64,000 nt of DNA from Heptranchias perlo (Eukaryota). The number at the start of each line of letters is the position of its first letter. Within the stretch, counting starts at the first letter, position 1. The notes beneath the pieces were generated by a model, which had not been told where the DNA came from, made no database searches, and saw nothing but the letters and a program-made list of their open reading frames with translations. The stretch lies in contig NC_090342.1 of assembly GCF_035084215.1 (NCBI RefSeq), positions 16,926,001 through 16,990,000 on the forward strand. The letters are read 5' to 3'. The position numbers were made by a program, and so were the translations under genes. This document shows positions 22,421 through 36,460 of the stretch, piece by piece.

Positions 22421-24074
22421 AGTCAGTGCCTCAAGTGTCACAGGAGTGACAGGAATTGATCACTATACTTTTTTTCTCTTTGACACCTGCACACAGCACT
22501 TTCTGCAAACAGGATAGAATATAGAATCTTGTACATACATTTTAACGAAAACTGTTCTGCATTTTTAGGGGACACACAAGGTTAAATGCTTCTTTTTCTT
22601 TGCCATGATTATATGCAAAACAAATTATTTTTTACATTAGTTTGGTTCTGAAAAAGTGCAATTACAAATTTTATTAGTGCAAGAGTGCATCTGTGCCATA
22701 TCTTTAACAAGATGTGCCACTGTGCCGTCCTTCTGTGCTTTGTGACCTGCTTGTAACAGTTAAGTGGTTTTATCTGTGGCATGCATCACCAGCTGAGGCA
22801 CAGTGCTGCCTGTTGAAGGCCATCTGCATAGAAAAAAGCAGTATGCATTGCTTGACATAGTTTTGCAGAGAGAAGCAAAGTCTGCACAGCTGTGTACATA
22901 TTGTCAGGTCTAGTAGAATGAAATGTAAAATACCTTTCTAGCTGAATGTGGAAAAGCAGACCAAGTGCTTTAGTGTAGCCAGTTCTATCTGTGCATGTTC
23001 TTTCTCATATACGGTTTCTAAGTGATAGCCAATTTAAAGTAGTAGATGTGGAAGATTCCTGAGAGATCGCCTGAGGATCTATTTATTATTCAGCTGTCTA
23101 CCTACCTCCCAATGTACTGGGAATAGTCTCTGTGCTAGGAATAAACTTCCTTATTCTGAATGTGGGACCTGCAAGCTTTGGGGGAACATCAGTCACTTGC
23201 CCAGAAGCAAGTGACTGCCAGCAACTTAAGATTCACCTGTTTCTATGCTTCTACTTACATGATACTTTTCAAAGCAGCCACTGATCTCTGTGTAGACACC
23301 TTTGTGCTGCTGCAAGGTTTCTGAATCTCTGCTTGATAGTTGTCAATGGTAGATTACCAAAGGTTGAAAAACCAGATTTTATCATACCTTAGACTATGGA
23401 CCTCAATGCCTCAACATCATCAGCAGGAGCATTCCTGAGAGATGATCCGTCTGCGTTCACCACCTGTGTACTTGTGGTCATGCTCTTAAAGGATCCTCAG
23501 TTTTATTAGTAGTCCTATGATGTCAGAATCATGGAGCAGTTCATCAAAGCCTGAGCAGAGATGATAGATGGTAATTATAAATCTGCACAGCAATGGCCAG
23601 CTCTTCTTCATCTACCATCTCTGCTCTTCCTCAATCATGATCAGTGACTCACCCTATGTTACCTTTGTTAAATTCATTGATAAACTTTATAATATGTGCA
23701 GCTGAACTGATGCCTGCTTCAAGTGATGTGAGTGATGCAGAGTGCTGAGATGTGCTTGATGATCCTGCAGTACTGACTTCCTCCTTTCGGATTTGTAACC
23801 TTTTGTATAATAGCTAATAGGAAAAGTTAAGTATGTGCAAGGTTAGCCAAAGTTAAGAAGAAAGAAGATAACTGAAGAAAAATAAAGATGACTCGCCGTA
23901 GACACTTCCCAGACAGAGAAAGTATAACTGCCTGACGCTGCAGCCAGTCTGCCACTTGAGAGAAGATGTATGATTTTATGCTCATATTACCAAGAGACAG
24001 GAAGACTACCGACAATACATTGATTATAGACTGTAAACTAAGCCTTGCCAAGTCCATACTGTAAACTTGGACAT

Positions 24075-25048
24075 TACTTTTCTTGTTATATATAAATGAC
24101 CTGGACTTGGGTTTCGGGAGCACAATTTTGAAGTTTACAGATGATACAAAACTTGGCAACGTAGTAAATAGTGAGGAGGATAGTAGCAGACTTCAGGAGG
24201 ACATAGACAGGCTGGTGAAATGGGTAGACACATGGCAGATGCAATTTAATGTGGATAAGTGTAAAGTGATGCACTTTGGGAGGAACAACATGGAGAAGCA
24301 GTATAATCTAAATGGTACTATTTTGAGGGGGGGTTCAAGAGCAGAGGAACCTGGTGGTGTATATTCATAAATCTTTGAAGGTGGCAGGGCAAGTTGACAG
24401 GTGGTTAAGAAAACAAATGGGATAGTTGGCTTTGTAAATAGGGGTATTGAATACAAAAACAAGGAAGTCACGCTAAACCTTTACAAATCACTGGTTAGGT
24501 CTCAGCTGGAGTATTGGGTACAATTCTGGGCACCACACTTTAAAAGGATGTCAAGGCCTTGGAATGGGTACAGAGGAGGTTTACTAGGATGATGCCAGTA
24601 ATGAGGGACTTCAGTTATGTGGTGAGATTGGAGAAGCTGGGGTTGTTCTCTTCGAGCAGGGAAGGTTAAAGGGAGACCTAATAGAGGTATTCAAAATAGT
24701 GAGGGGTTTTGATGGAGCAAATAGGGAAAAACTGGCAACTGCGTCGGTGACCAGAGGTCATAGATTTAAAATAATTGGCAAAAGAACTAGAGGGGAAATT
24801 AGGAGAATTTTTTTCACACAGAGGGTTGTTAAAATCTGAAACGAACTACTTGAAAGGGTGGTGGAAGTAGATTCCATAGGAACTTTCAGAAGGCAATTGG
24901 ACATGTACTTGAAGAGGACTAATTTGCAGGGCTATGGGGAAAAAGCTGGTGTGTGGAACTAAATGGGATAGCTCTTTCAAAGAGCCGGTACAGGCTTGAT
25001 GGGCCGAATGGCTTCCTTCTGTGCTGTAAGATTCTTTGATTCTATGAT
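24075..25048 (+). mobile_element. 5'-truncated CR1 LINE, frameshifted
   Basis: LYINDLD...KFTDDTKLG and LYKSLVRSQLEYWVQFWAPH, with a GATTCTATGA tail. Confidence 0.92.
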
Positions 25049-28000
25049 TGAATATAACTCTCATATAGTTACTGAGCAAAACCCAGCTAATGCTAAAATA
25101 TTATGTCATAGAAAATTTCTCCCAATATCTCAGAATTAGATACATTCTAATGTATCAAATTAGAATACATTCTAATGTATTCGAATTAGAATTTTCTCAG
25201 TAACTGTATAAGAATTATGTTCAATGTTCACGGTTACAAGATCACTGGTAGGCTTCTCATGTTAGAACTGTTTCTTGGTAACAGTAAGCATGAAATCATA
25301 CAACATCCTGACTAGCATGCAAGCTGCAGAGTCGGGCAATTCTGTCTTCCTATGTGTTGCTTTGGCTTCTGTCCATTACGGATGGAAATTATAGGCAATG
25401 TATCCATGATTTTTTGCAGAGTTACCCAATGCATACAAGACCCCATTAATGGTGTGGGGTCTTGGAAAATTCCACCCAAAATGATGCCTACAATTAAGTT
25501 TATTGTTGTGCTTATGATCATTTAGATTCTGTTGACTGACATTAAGTATCAATTTATTTGTACTGTAATCATTAATGCCAAAATTTGTGATTTAGTTGAT
25601 TGAAGTAGTATTAGTAACTTATCTCTGTGTATGAATAGTATTTGAATCCTCTGGCAAGTAATTATCTAATTGTATTTCACTGTGTACTGTGGTCCTGCTG
25701 TGGACAAATCTGGCTTGGTTATTTTTTGAACTGGGTAACAGGACAGTTCAAAACATTCTAATTTAGGCATGGTATATGAAACCCTTTGCATAGATATTAA
25801 ATGTTGATTTAATTTTCATATATATGGTAGTGAAAGAGGGGGGAAGATTCATCTGATACAATTCAATTAATGCAAGTACATATTGCAGTTTCTCAACTCA
25901 ATATTTCTGACAATTCAATGCATCCGCTCAATTAATGGGTGAACATGATTGAAAAATTAGATGGAGTTCCATTATGTAATCGCCACTCCTTTTGCTCTTG
26001 CCCCATTTCCCACTGTTACTTCCAGTCCCTATCTATCGTTGGGTGATTTCAAATCAGGGGGCCATCAATGAGTTACACTACATGCTGTTAGCAGACTTAC
26101 AGCCCACCTCCAGCACAGGTCACGCAGCAGTAGTTAAGGCCACAATTGCCTTTAACACTTATGGTACTTAGGCTGCCACTGGGGACATAAGTAATATTTG
26201 CCAATGAACTATGCACAGATGCATTAAGCAAGTCACAGATGCATTGCTTGCTACAGCCAGTAATTTCATCTTCCCAATGGACAAACGACAGCAGCGTGAC
26301 AGGCTGCTGCAATTTTATGGAGTGGTAGGATTCCTGAAGGAGTCATAGATTGCACCCAAGTGGCCCTACATACTCCCATGTTCATTGCCACTACCTATGT
26401 CAACAGGAAATGATTCCACTCTCTCCATGTGCAGCTCCTCTACAACTGGCAACACTGTAACATGGAATCAATGTTCACTTCTCTGTGAATTGCCACAATG
26501 TCTTTATTTTAAGGCAGTTCACCATGCAAGCACTGTGACCCAGAAAGGCAAGTCTCAGATGGCTCCTCAGAGATCAAGGTTAATCTCTGCAACCATGGCT
26601 CATGACATCTGCACAGAATCCCAGGACACACGTTGAGCACCAGTATAATGAGGTCCATTCATAGACCATAGTATTAATTGTTCACAATTTGGCAGGTTGA
26701 AGGCATGCTTCTAATGTATCTATGTGGGGACACCATTCAATATAGTCTGATTAATCATGGCTGTGTGCTGCATGCTGCACAACTTTCCTTTATAAAGAGG
26801 CCTCATCATGGAGGCCCCAGGGGAGGAAAGCCCCAGTGGGGAGCAAGGGAATAGACAAGGGGAGTAGCAGCAGCATAAAGAGGATATGAGGATAACCCAT
26901 AGCTAGCAAAGGGACATTCATTTCACTTCCATATGATAGGTTATGCCTTAACTTTTACATCTGACTACTGTATTAACAATCCTGTCTACATCTTCCTCCT
27001 TACCTCCACAAAGATACCATTACCATAGACCATACTCTGTACTCAATAATTGACCAAATCCTATTGATGCTACATGAGGAAAACTAATTTCATGCCTCTG
27101 CAAAAACAATGGTTGCATACACAACTTTAGTGCTATCATAATTTTAATGAAAACCAACATTTTGGACATGCCTAGTCCTTTTTAACACAGTGCTTCTCAT
27201 TTGTGCCAGTGTCTGAAGTCTGAGTTCATAACCTAATGCTTATGCTCCTCACCAGATGCTACCTCAGCAGCAGGGTTGTATCTGCTGGCTGCTGTATTGT
27301 AACTGGAACCTCTTGGAACTGAGGTGGCTTTTATCTCATGATAGCTAAGTCCTTAGGTAGTCCTGCTGCAGGCTGCATCTCTTGGACTGCATCCCCCTGT
27401 ATTCTTTTCTGCCACATGTGCACGCATCAGATAAGGCTTACAGGAGATTCTGCCTATGTTGCCATCTTGAGAGACTGTATCATCATCCATGCTTATTCCT
27501 TCTATCCCACTAGTACTGAGCATTGGCTTAGCATGGCCAATGATGTGCAGAAAAGCAGCCTTAATGATTCAAATGTGAACAGTAACGCTTTTCTGCAACT
27601 TATCCCTAATTGTTTGGAGGCCAGAAGAGGAAGCCCTCCGCAATTTGGCTCCACAGAATTCTACAGCAGCAGTCTGAGCAATGATGGAAAAAGCATAGGC
27701 TGCCCATAGAGCTGCTGTCATGAGCGTCTCTGCTGCAAATATCTTTGGAGCTGCTATGTCCTTCAAGTTGGACTGCAGAGTGGTGAAACTGTCCTCCAAC
27801 ATCCTATGCATGATGCTAGTGGATATCTACAATTGAGCCACCATCTGCAGCACTCTGTCTGACATAGTCCCAACATCCCTGCACCCATCATTCTTTTAAA
27901 AGCTGGATCCATAAGATCCTGATCCCCAGGTTCTTTGTCTAAGGGGCTTTGCAAGCTGACCCTCCAGCCAGCAACATCTTTCTCTGTATCTGCCATCAAC

Positions 28001-28989
28001 AGTTCCTCTTGCTCACATGTGCTCCATGTATCATCCACTAAACTCCCTTCTGGGTCACTTTCTAACTTCCCAGAGTGCAAATCTCTGAGTTGCTGCTTGG
28101 CAGAGCTTGCCTGTTCTTCTTCTGAGAGGCTACAATGGTTTCATGCAAATTATAGTATAGAGTTTCATGATATGGTTTGCTGACAGTTTATACCGGGTAC
28201 AATAAGATGAAAAGGATGAGAAGCAAATGTTTATGTCAAACCTATAGCTGAAACATACCTTCCGCCCTCCCCAGGATTTGCTGCACTTGCTCCCTGTAGG
28301 GGATGAGAGGTCAGAGATGTGCGAGGCCGCCAACTGTTGCAGCTCTCTCTCGTTGTATGGGTCATCTTTTGCTTGCAAAACAATGTAAAAAGTGAGAACT
28401 AGCTTTTGTTACCATGCCATGCAGTAAAAACCAGGGGCTCGATTTTAAAACGGAACTGCAGGTGCGTTGGGGGGCGAGAGGGTGGGGGGGGGGGGGCGAC
28501 GAAAATCGTGATTTCCAGAAGCAGGCAGAAATCTCGACTCCAACATGCTTAAGAACCGGCACGACCCAGAGTCGTCAGGGTGCGCATGCCGTTCCCGAAC
28601 CTGGAAGGCCGACAATTAAAGCCGGCGGGACGATATTTAAACAAGGAATTCAAGTACTTAAAGTACTTAAAATGTACATAAATCTAATTAAGAGTGAAGG
28701 CAAGCAATTTCAATGCTGCCTCAGTGTGTTTCCCATGCTGTGTGAAACGTGGGGAACGAGTTGTGTTTCAGCCGGCAGCCATTTGGAAATTTAAATCCCT
28801 GTTTGACAGATAGGGATAAAAGGTGAGTTATTGCAGCAGGGCACTCAGTTCCCTCAGATAAACTTTTGGTTGGGAGTTCTTTGTGGTTAGACTGAAAATT
28901 CTTGGTTCCCACTTGGAATTGTTCTGTTAACACATATTTACCAACTTTTCGGACCCCCTCAAAATGACACCATCAGGATTGGGGGGGGG

Positions 28990-30071
28990 GCGCGATGGCT
29001 GGAGGCACTACCCTCATCAGAGGGTCTACAGACCGAGGCTCAGCTTCCTGGACCTCTCTGAGGAGCAGTGCATACGGAGGCTGAGAGTGAGTCGCCAGGT
29101 AGTCACAGACATCTGCAGCCTCCTTCTTGCCGAGCTGCTCCCGGCTGGGCCTGGCGGCATCTCATTACCCATCGCTGTTAAAGTGACCTCAACTTCTTCG
29201 CCTCCGGATCATTCCAGGGTGCCACCGGTGACATCCCCAGGGTCTCTCAGTCATCTGTACACAAGTGCATAAGGCCGGTCACCGACGGTTTGTTGTGCAA
29301 GACCTCGCAATACGTCAACTTTCCCATGGACGACCTCAGCCAGACGGAGAGGGCAGTGGGATTCCACTCTGTGGCTGGCTTCCCACATGTTTAGGGTGCA
29401 ATCGATTGCAGGCATATAGCAATCTGAGCACCTCCACATGAGCCAGGACTGTTCATCAACAGAAGGGGGTATCACTCCATCAACGCTCAGCTCATTTGTG
29501 ACCACCACAAAAGATTTCTTCACGTGTGCGCCAGATTCCCTGGCAGCTGCCACGATTCCTTCATTCTGAGGGAATCCAGCATCCCGGGCCTCTTCCACGC
29601 ACTGAACACCCTTAAGGGCTGGCTCCTCAGGGATACCACCTGCACACATGGCTCATGACACCTCTGAGGAACCCCATCAGAGAGCAACAGCATTGATACA
29701 ATGACAGCCAAATTGCCACCAGGCCTATAATTGTACATGCGATAGGACTGCTGAAGATGCAATTTCAGTGCCTTGATCTTTCTGGGGGAGCGCTTCAATA
29801 CACACCAGTGAGAGTGGGTCGCATTATAGTAGTGTGTTGTGTCCTGCACAACATGGCACAACAGAGAGGGGGACTGGTTGAGGAGGCCCCATGCCCTCAT
29901 CCACCATCCACATCTGCCATCCACATTGAGGAGGAGCTGGAGCAGGAGGAGGAGGAGGAGCAGGAGAAGGGGAAGGAGAAGGAGGAGGAGGACAAACCCA
30001 TGGGCAGAGCAGGAGCTCACCTGGTTGCTCACGAGGCTAGGGAGTCACTCAAATGTGAACGGTTCTCGTAA
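28990..30071 (+). pseudogene. HARBI1-like DDE transposase with stops and frameshifts
   Basis: RVYRPRLSFLDLSEEQCIRRLR, NFFASGSFQ, GAIDCRHIAI, NRRGYHSINAQL, FPGSCHDSFILR, WLMTPLRNP and CCVLHNMA, followed by an acidic tail. Confidence 0.92.
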
Positions 30072-30387
30072 GATCAGAAAGTGAGAAGAGTCCAGTCCTC
30101 ACACCGCCTGGAAAGAACAGCACCAACACCAGCAACCCCCCACCCCCAATCCTGCACAAAACAGTCCTGCAACTACACATACACCCACTGTAAAGTGACC
30201 CACTGGGTGGCATCAAGTGTCGTCGTTCACGGTGACACACAAGAAAGGGCGCTATCACAAAAGCCAGTCAAGAATAAGCAAGACGTGGCAGTAGTGGTGA
30301 GAATGATAACATTTAATGTGACTTTAACAAAAAACAAATATGAATGAAAAACATGACAGTCGTCCCTCTTGTGCATTCCCTTTGTGA

Positions 30388-32500
30388 TCACAAATCCTTA
30401 GCATTTCTCTTCCTACCATTTCTATGTGGTGTATCTCCTGTGGCTGCAGCAGAGGTAGTGGCAGGTTGCTCATGTTCATGCCCAGACTGCTTAAATGCTT
30501 TCGGCCCATGTCCTCTGGGTTTTGGAGCCGGTGAGGGCCCCTCTAAAGACTGCTCCACGTGCACCTGTGCAGGGGCAGACTCAGTCACCTGGAGAGGAGG
30601 CAACATTGCGGGTACTGGTTGTGAGGGGGCAACGGGTGAGACATGGGAGCACTTTGAGTGCCGTCCACACTTCCACGTCCCCTTTCGCCATCATCCCTCT
30701 CCTGGACCAGGCCCACATCACTCCTACCACCCTGTTGGACAACAGTTTGGAGGACATGTATGATGCCTTGGAAGCCCAGTTGTAAAGTTTCTGTCTGCCT
30801 GTTTAAGGTGGCAGAATGTTGTTCACCGTGAGTCCTAACGGCCTTGTCAGAGCCTGAATGGACTCATTGTTGAGCCATGCTTGAAGCTCAACGGTGGCTA
30901 GCCTTCTCTCCATCGCAGACATTCCCGCACTTACCCGCGACACTATCTCAGACATTTCAGCAGTTACGAGCGACACCATCTCAGACAGTTGCTCACGTTC
31001 TTGTGATGCTATCTCAGAGATTCCCTCCCGTACCTGTGCCTCCATCCTCTGCACTATTTTGGAGAGTGTGCGTGGCACCTGTTCTAGTATCTCGCAAATG
31101 TGCTGCGGTCCCTCGATTATTCTCCTTTTAAAGGATGACCCCGGGATTCAGCATCTGCATCCAGCTGAGCAGAGCCTGGAGAGGAGTGTGCCCACTGATG
31201 CGGACTCCCCACAGCTGCCCCTGCCACCAGTGTCTGCTCGTGCTGACTTGTGTGTGGTGACTCACCAGGTGCCAACCCAACTAACTGACTACAAGGACCC
31301 ACCGAGGTGTGAGTATCTGCGCTGGTGGATGGCTCACTAACATGTGACGGTGAGACCTCAGAGGCTGGGAGCTCTTCTGAGGAATCTCCCTCTCCTGTCT
31401 CTCTGGCCATTGAAGGGCCTGTAATAGAACAGAAGGCAATATTAAGCATTAACGCAGATGTGTCATGTTGCAATGAGCGTGGTCAACATGACAGAGATGG
31501 TTAACATGCCAAGCATTGTTAACATCAATTCATGTTGTGTGTGGTTAATGTTAAGGTTGTGTCACCAGATGTTTGTGGGGTGCCAGTCTTGGAATCCCCG
31601 ACGGACAGGCACTCGAGGGTGCGGCCGATCTCCAGGGCCACCTCTTCCGCGTCTGTGAGGACCACTATTTGTTGTGGACCCCCTCCAGTCCTCGCCCTCT
31701 CGTGTGCATTTTGCGCTCTGTTCTCCTAAAAGGGGGGAAAGTACAGACATGAGGGTGAGTGATGGTGAAGTGGCCAGCCGATGAATGCATTGCTTTGGTT
31801 GAGGCTGACCGTGAAAGAGGTGTTTCAGAGGGTGAGTACGAGACAGAGCCCTCACATTGGATCAGGATTGGGGTGAGTGGTAGTGGTCGGGTCACAAATG
31901 GGGAGGTGAGGAAGTGCTCAGGGAGTGCAGGTAAGTTGAGGATGAACCTTAAGTCACTTTTGCTGACCTATTTAAGTCACTGAAATGCTTCCTGTACTGG
32001 ACCCAGGTGCGGCAGATGTTGCTAAGGCTGGTGACCTCCTCTGCCACCTCGAGCCAGGCCTTCTTGGTGGCAGAGGCAGGGTGCTTCCTCCTGTCGGCTG
32101 GGTAAAATAGTTTGCTCCTCCTCCTCACCCCGGCCAGTAGCAGCTGAAGTGAGGAGTGATGTGATGGAGTAATCTTGGCAGTGCAGAATGAGTTGGGGTG
32201 GGGGGGTGAGCGGTGGTGATGTGCACCATAAAATGCAGGAGAATCAATGAATGTACTCAATTTTACTGACCTAGTTAGGTCAATGAAATGCTTCCTGCAC
32301 TGGACCCAGGTGTGGCAGATGTTGCTGCTGCTGGTGACCTCCTCTGCCACCTCAAGCTAGGCCTTCTTGGTGGCAGAGGCAGGGCACTTCCTCCTGTCGG
32401 CTGGGTAAAATAGTTCACTCCTTCTCCTCACCCTGGCTGGTGGCAGCTGAAACGAGGCATCGCTGAATCTTGGAGCAGCCTTGCCCCTGTGTTGCTCCAT
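30388..32500 (-). pseudogene. Harbinger Myb/SANT-like DNA-binding protein gene (multi-exon, decayed)
   Basis: APRFSDAS...VRRR..LFYPADRRK...KKAWLEVAEEV...RTWVQCRKHFxDL occurs twice. Downstream are a coiled-coil (ISEIASQ...MSEIVSRVSAGMSAMERRLA) and a basic C-terminus. Confidence 0.8.
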
Positions 32501-33194
32501 TGGGTCTTCTTGCTCTTTGCTCCAGCAAAATCCATTGGAGCAATGGCCCTTTAAATCCAGACGCACCAGCTGACAGCCTGTCATGTGGGTGCGCAGTCCG
32601 CCCACTGCACAGCTTTAGGACGGCAAACCCGGAAACAAGGATAAGGGGCACCAATTAAGTCACATTCGTGTGGGGAATGATTAGATTTTATTTTTCAGGT
32701 TTGCCACGCACCCATTGACCCCCCCCGCTGCCATCTGCCGTCCTTTTAAAATCGAGCCCCAGATGTCAGCATGCAGCCCATCATGGGCATTTTGACAGGT
32801 GCATGCAACAAGTAATACATTTCATGCAAGGTTTTTGTGGGGTCAATGCTTGTAAAGAATTGAGTAAAAGTACACTTTTAGTTGAAGGTTGTGGGTGTCA
32901 AGGGCATGGTAGCTCATGGCACTGATGGCAAGTTATCAATCTTTAACAGTGTGATGGTATAATAATATAAATAGCAAACGTGCTTCGTACAGTGCATTCC
33001 TGGAAGGTGCGGCTGCCTTCCTTCTCTTACCTTAGCTGACCTGATAAAGTCATTAAACTTTTTCTGGCACTGGATGGCCTAGCAGGGGTGCAGTTGCCAC
33101 AAACTTTCCTGGCAATACTTTTCCCCATGCCATTGCTTTTGGGCAGCTCTCTTTGGGGCCCTGTAGCTCTCTTTGGCAAAGAATATCGCTTTCC

Positions 33195-33353
33195 TTTTTG
33201 ATAGATAGCTTTTTGGCAACCAAAGGTATTAAGGGATATGGGCCAAAGGCAGGTATATGGAGCTGGATCACAGATCAGCCATGATCTTATGAAATGGCGG
33301 AACAGGCACGAGGGGCTGAATGGCCTACTCCTGTTCCTATGTTCCTATGTTCC
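33195..33353 (+). mobile_element. CR1 3' tail fragment
   Basis: AAGGGATATGGG...GGCTGAATGGCCTACTCCTG followed by (TTCCTATG)n. Confidence 0.8.
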
Positions 33354-35374
33354 TTTTCCTTACTTCTTGCAACAATATTTCTGCTGCTTCATCACAGAAT
33401 CTCCTGCAGGTGAGGCAGCAATTCTGCAATCTCAGATCTTCTTTTCCTGAACACAAACAGTAATGATGATACCTGCCCCTTTAAGCTGCTGCAGGTGCAC
33501 TATTATCTACCTCAAACAGGCTAGCTCTCAGTTAGAGGGGGTTCTAATGCTTGATGTTCGCCCAAAATGTTATAATATGGCTGAATCAAGGAATTATGAC
33601 ATCGCTGATCAAATTGAACTTTACTGTACGTTCAGTCAGACTTGCATCCTGATCAGAAATACAAGCTATATTGTCAGTATCATGTGGGATTTAGTGTTCA
33701 CATTTCCTACATGCACTTCCACCAATTTAAGATATTTGGATGATCTCCATGCACAGGAATATAAAATAGTTGGCAGTTATATCCATACATAGCAGTGTAA
33801 CAACTGACGGTGATCCCCATTGCTTACCTTGGCAGTTATCTTCAAATTGGATAGATTCTCCTGCACATTTCTCAAGTAGAGTGGGTTGCTTCCCATGTCA
33901 GTTTAGTAGTAAGTTGCCCTTCTGACCTGCAGGATGCTTTTCTCTGATCCATCATGTCATCAATAATAATCTGAAAGGCTTCATCAGAAAATGACCCCTT
34001 CTGAGTTTTATTGCCTGCATCAATTTTCCAATTTACAGTCTATGGTTACTTATAATTACAGTTGCACACCTATTAGGTAGGGTTAATAGGTAATTCAACA
34101 TCATTCTTGCAGTTTTTTTCTGATTGGGTAGCCAGTTAGTTGTAACACGTTTGGGTTCCAATACACTGAGTGAACCTATGCGTTCTTGCAAATGTGCTAA
34201 AATGGGAGAAAGATTAACTCTCATTTAATTCAAAATCAGCATGTTCACACAAAATTAAACCACCTACTGTCTCCAAAATATGTTATTGTTACATTACATT
34301 CAACTTTTGTACATCTGAATGGTCAATAGCTATTCAGATTCTGTTATAACAACATATCGATCCCCAATAGTTTCTCTTTCTTCCTTTCCAGATCATGATC
34401 AAGAATTGAACTTCCATGTTTACCATCAGTTGTAAAACATACGGTTTGGAATTGCACTGTGTTATTAGTTACAAATGAGCTCATACATTTGTATGAAATT
34501 TCTCAGTGTGTTACTTTAATAAATGCATTAGCCTAACTACTTTAATCAGGATAATGCCTCTGTTCAAATTCTGGACAGAGGGATTTCATATGAATGTGTT
34601 GATGCATTTATTGCTAACATTGCATTGCATAATTTCAACCCAATAATGGTTGGACCAATATTTAGGTAAATGTAGCAAGATCCAAGGAATCAGACAGAGA
34701 ATCCTTGTCACTGTACTCTGGCTTATTGGATGCACCATGTGCTGCCAAATGATCTCCTTAACTTTGGTAGGCTGAAAATTAACGCTCTATCAGAACATGA
34801 CCCAGGCTACAAACCATTAGATAAATTTCATGGAATCATAGAATGGTACAGCACAAGGAGAAGGCCATTTGGCCTTTTGTGCCAGTTCTTTGAAAGGGCT
34901 ATCCAATCAGTCCCACTCCCCTGCTCTTTCCCCATAACACTGCTTATTGAACGTTAAACAGGTAAATAAACAATAACAAATAAAACAGAAGATTCACAGT
35001 AAATATAGACTTCACAATTCTCCTCAAATCAAAAACAACAAACTAGCTTGCCCTGCACTAACTGACCACATAAAAGTGACCTTTGAAACATGGTTCCATT
35101 ATTTTATACACGGCCAGTGCCTCTGATTAACCTCATATCTCTCATGGTTTCTGTCTGATTTCCAAGTTGCTGCTTAACAGCCCAAATGCTCCAAATTCCT
35201 TTGAAGACATCCCAGAATAAAGGGAATTTAAAATACCTATTTCTCCAATACAGACTGAGCTGTCAATCAAACACATACTTTAAAAAGATCCACAGGATGT
35301 CAAATCCAAAGGATGTTTGTTGGTCAGGTAATTTTCTAGAATCCTTTGAAGCATTTGCAGCTATTTCACATCTT

Positions 35375-36311
35375 GGGCTCAATTTTAAAAGGGTGGTGGG
35401 ATGGCAGCGAAGGAGTTAATGGGCGTGCGGCAAACCTGAATAAAAAAAATTACTTTTCCCCATGCGATTGCGTGGTAACTGATGCTCATTAATCTTGTTT
35501 CCGGGTTTCGCGCCTGGCTGCCTGCCTGATTGACAGGCTGGTTGCAGACAGTTGCTGCAACGTCGAGGTAGGGGGGGCGAAAGAGAGAGAGAGACCTCAT
35601 CGGGCGCTGGAACTTTGGGGGGGGGGGGACACGAAGCTCGGGGGGGGACAAAGATTGGGAGGGGACAAAGATCGGAGTGGGGTACAAAGATCGGGGGGGG
35701 GGACAAAGATGGGGGGTAAGACAAAGATGGGAGGACATCAGACTTCATCGGAGGGGGGGAGACATCGGGAGGTGAGACATCGGCGAAGAGACATCGGAGA
35801 AGAAACATCATGGGGTGAGACATCAGAGAAGAGACATCGGGGGGTGAGAAATCGGTGAAGAGACATCAGTGGGGGGAGGCAACGGACATCGGAGCAGGGG
35901 GGAGTAAGTGACATTGTTTGAAAGGTAGATTTATTTATTTTTTTAACTTTGTGAAATGTTATTTTATTTAATATGTTTTAGTTTATTTTTGCCTGATCCA
36001 GCCCTTGTGTGATTCGGAAGCCATGGGAAAGCCGCCCAGGTAAGTTGAAAATCGTTGTAACTACCTACTATGTAACAAATAAAGTACCTTAAGTACCTCA
36101 GTGAGGTACATTTGCTTCTTTATATATCGTCCCGCCGGCATTAACTGCCGGTTTCCAGAACCCCACGTGCACACAGATGCGTTTGTGTGAGAAGCGGAAG
36201 TTGGCGGGTTGGAGCCGGTTTCCTTAACCGCTTGGGATTTTACCAATTTTCGCTGCCCCCTCCCCCCCGCCGTCCCCAATGCACCCGGACTTTCGTTTGA
36301 AAATCGAGCCC
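35375..36311. mobile_element. Harbinger-type MITE with a G-rich internal minisatellite
   Basis: TIRs GGGCTCAATTTT and AAAATCGAGCCC, with TSD CTT. Both ends match 28435-32759 in inverted orientation. Confidence 0.9.
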
Positions 36312-36315
36312 CTTG

Positions 36316-36460
36316 TGTCAGATTTGGCTCAGTGGTAGCACTTAGGCCTCTGTGTCAGAAGGTCATGGGTTTGAGTCCAACTCTGGAAATTTGAGCACAT
36401 AATCCACGCTGACACTTCATTGCAGTACTTAGGGAGTGCTGCACTGTTGGATGTGTCCTC
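36316..36460 (+). mobile_element. 5' part of a tRNA-derived Deu-type SINE
   Basis: TGGCTCAGTGGTAGCAC...GGGTTTGAGTCC...GGGAGTGCTGCACTGTTGG, matching 48160-48290. Confidence 0.7.

Larger units (their letters stand above)
28435..32759 (+). mobile_element. Complete but inactivated PIF/Harbinger DNA transposon (4,325 bp)
   Basis: Perfect 16-bp TIRs GGGCTCGATTTTAAAA, a 3-bp TSD CAG, and two convergent genes. Confidence 0.95.
26100..33450 (+). mobile_element. Old decayed Harbinger element (transposase about 26100-26900 on +; Myb/SANT gene remnants on -) hosting a younger Harbinger
   Basis: Transposase fragments ATGDISNI, MHRCIKQVTDAL, GVIDCTQVAL, VNRK*FHSLHVQL, QPWLMT and CMLHNF. A Myb-like AW...QCQKKFND remnant lies at 33050-33135 (-). 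Outer ends were not resolved. Confidence 0.65.

Noticed and set aside
28990-30071. Host HARBI1 gene
   Set aside because: It has multiple stops and frameshifts and lies between TIRs with a TSD.
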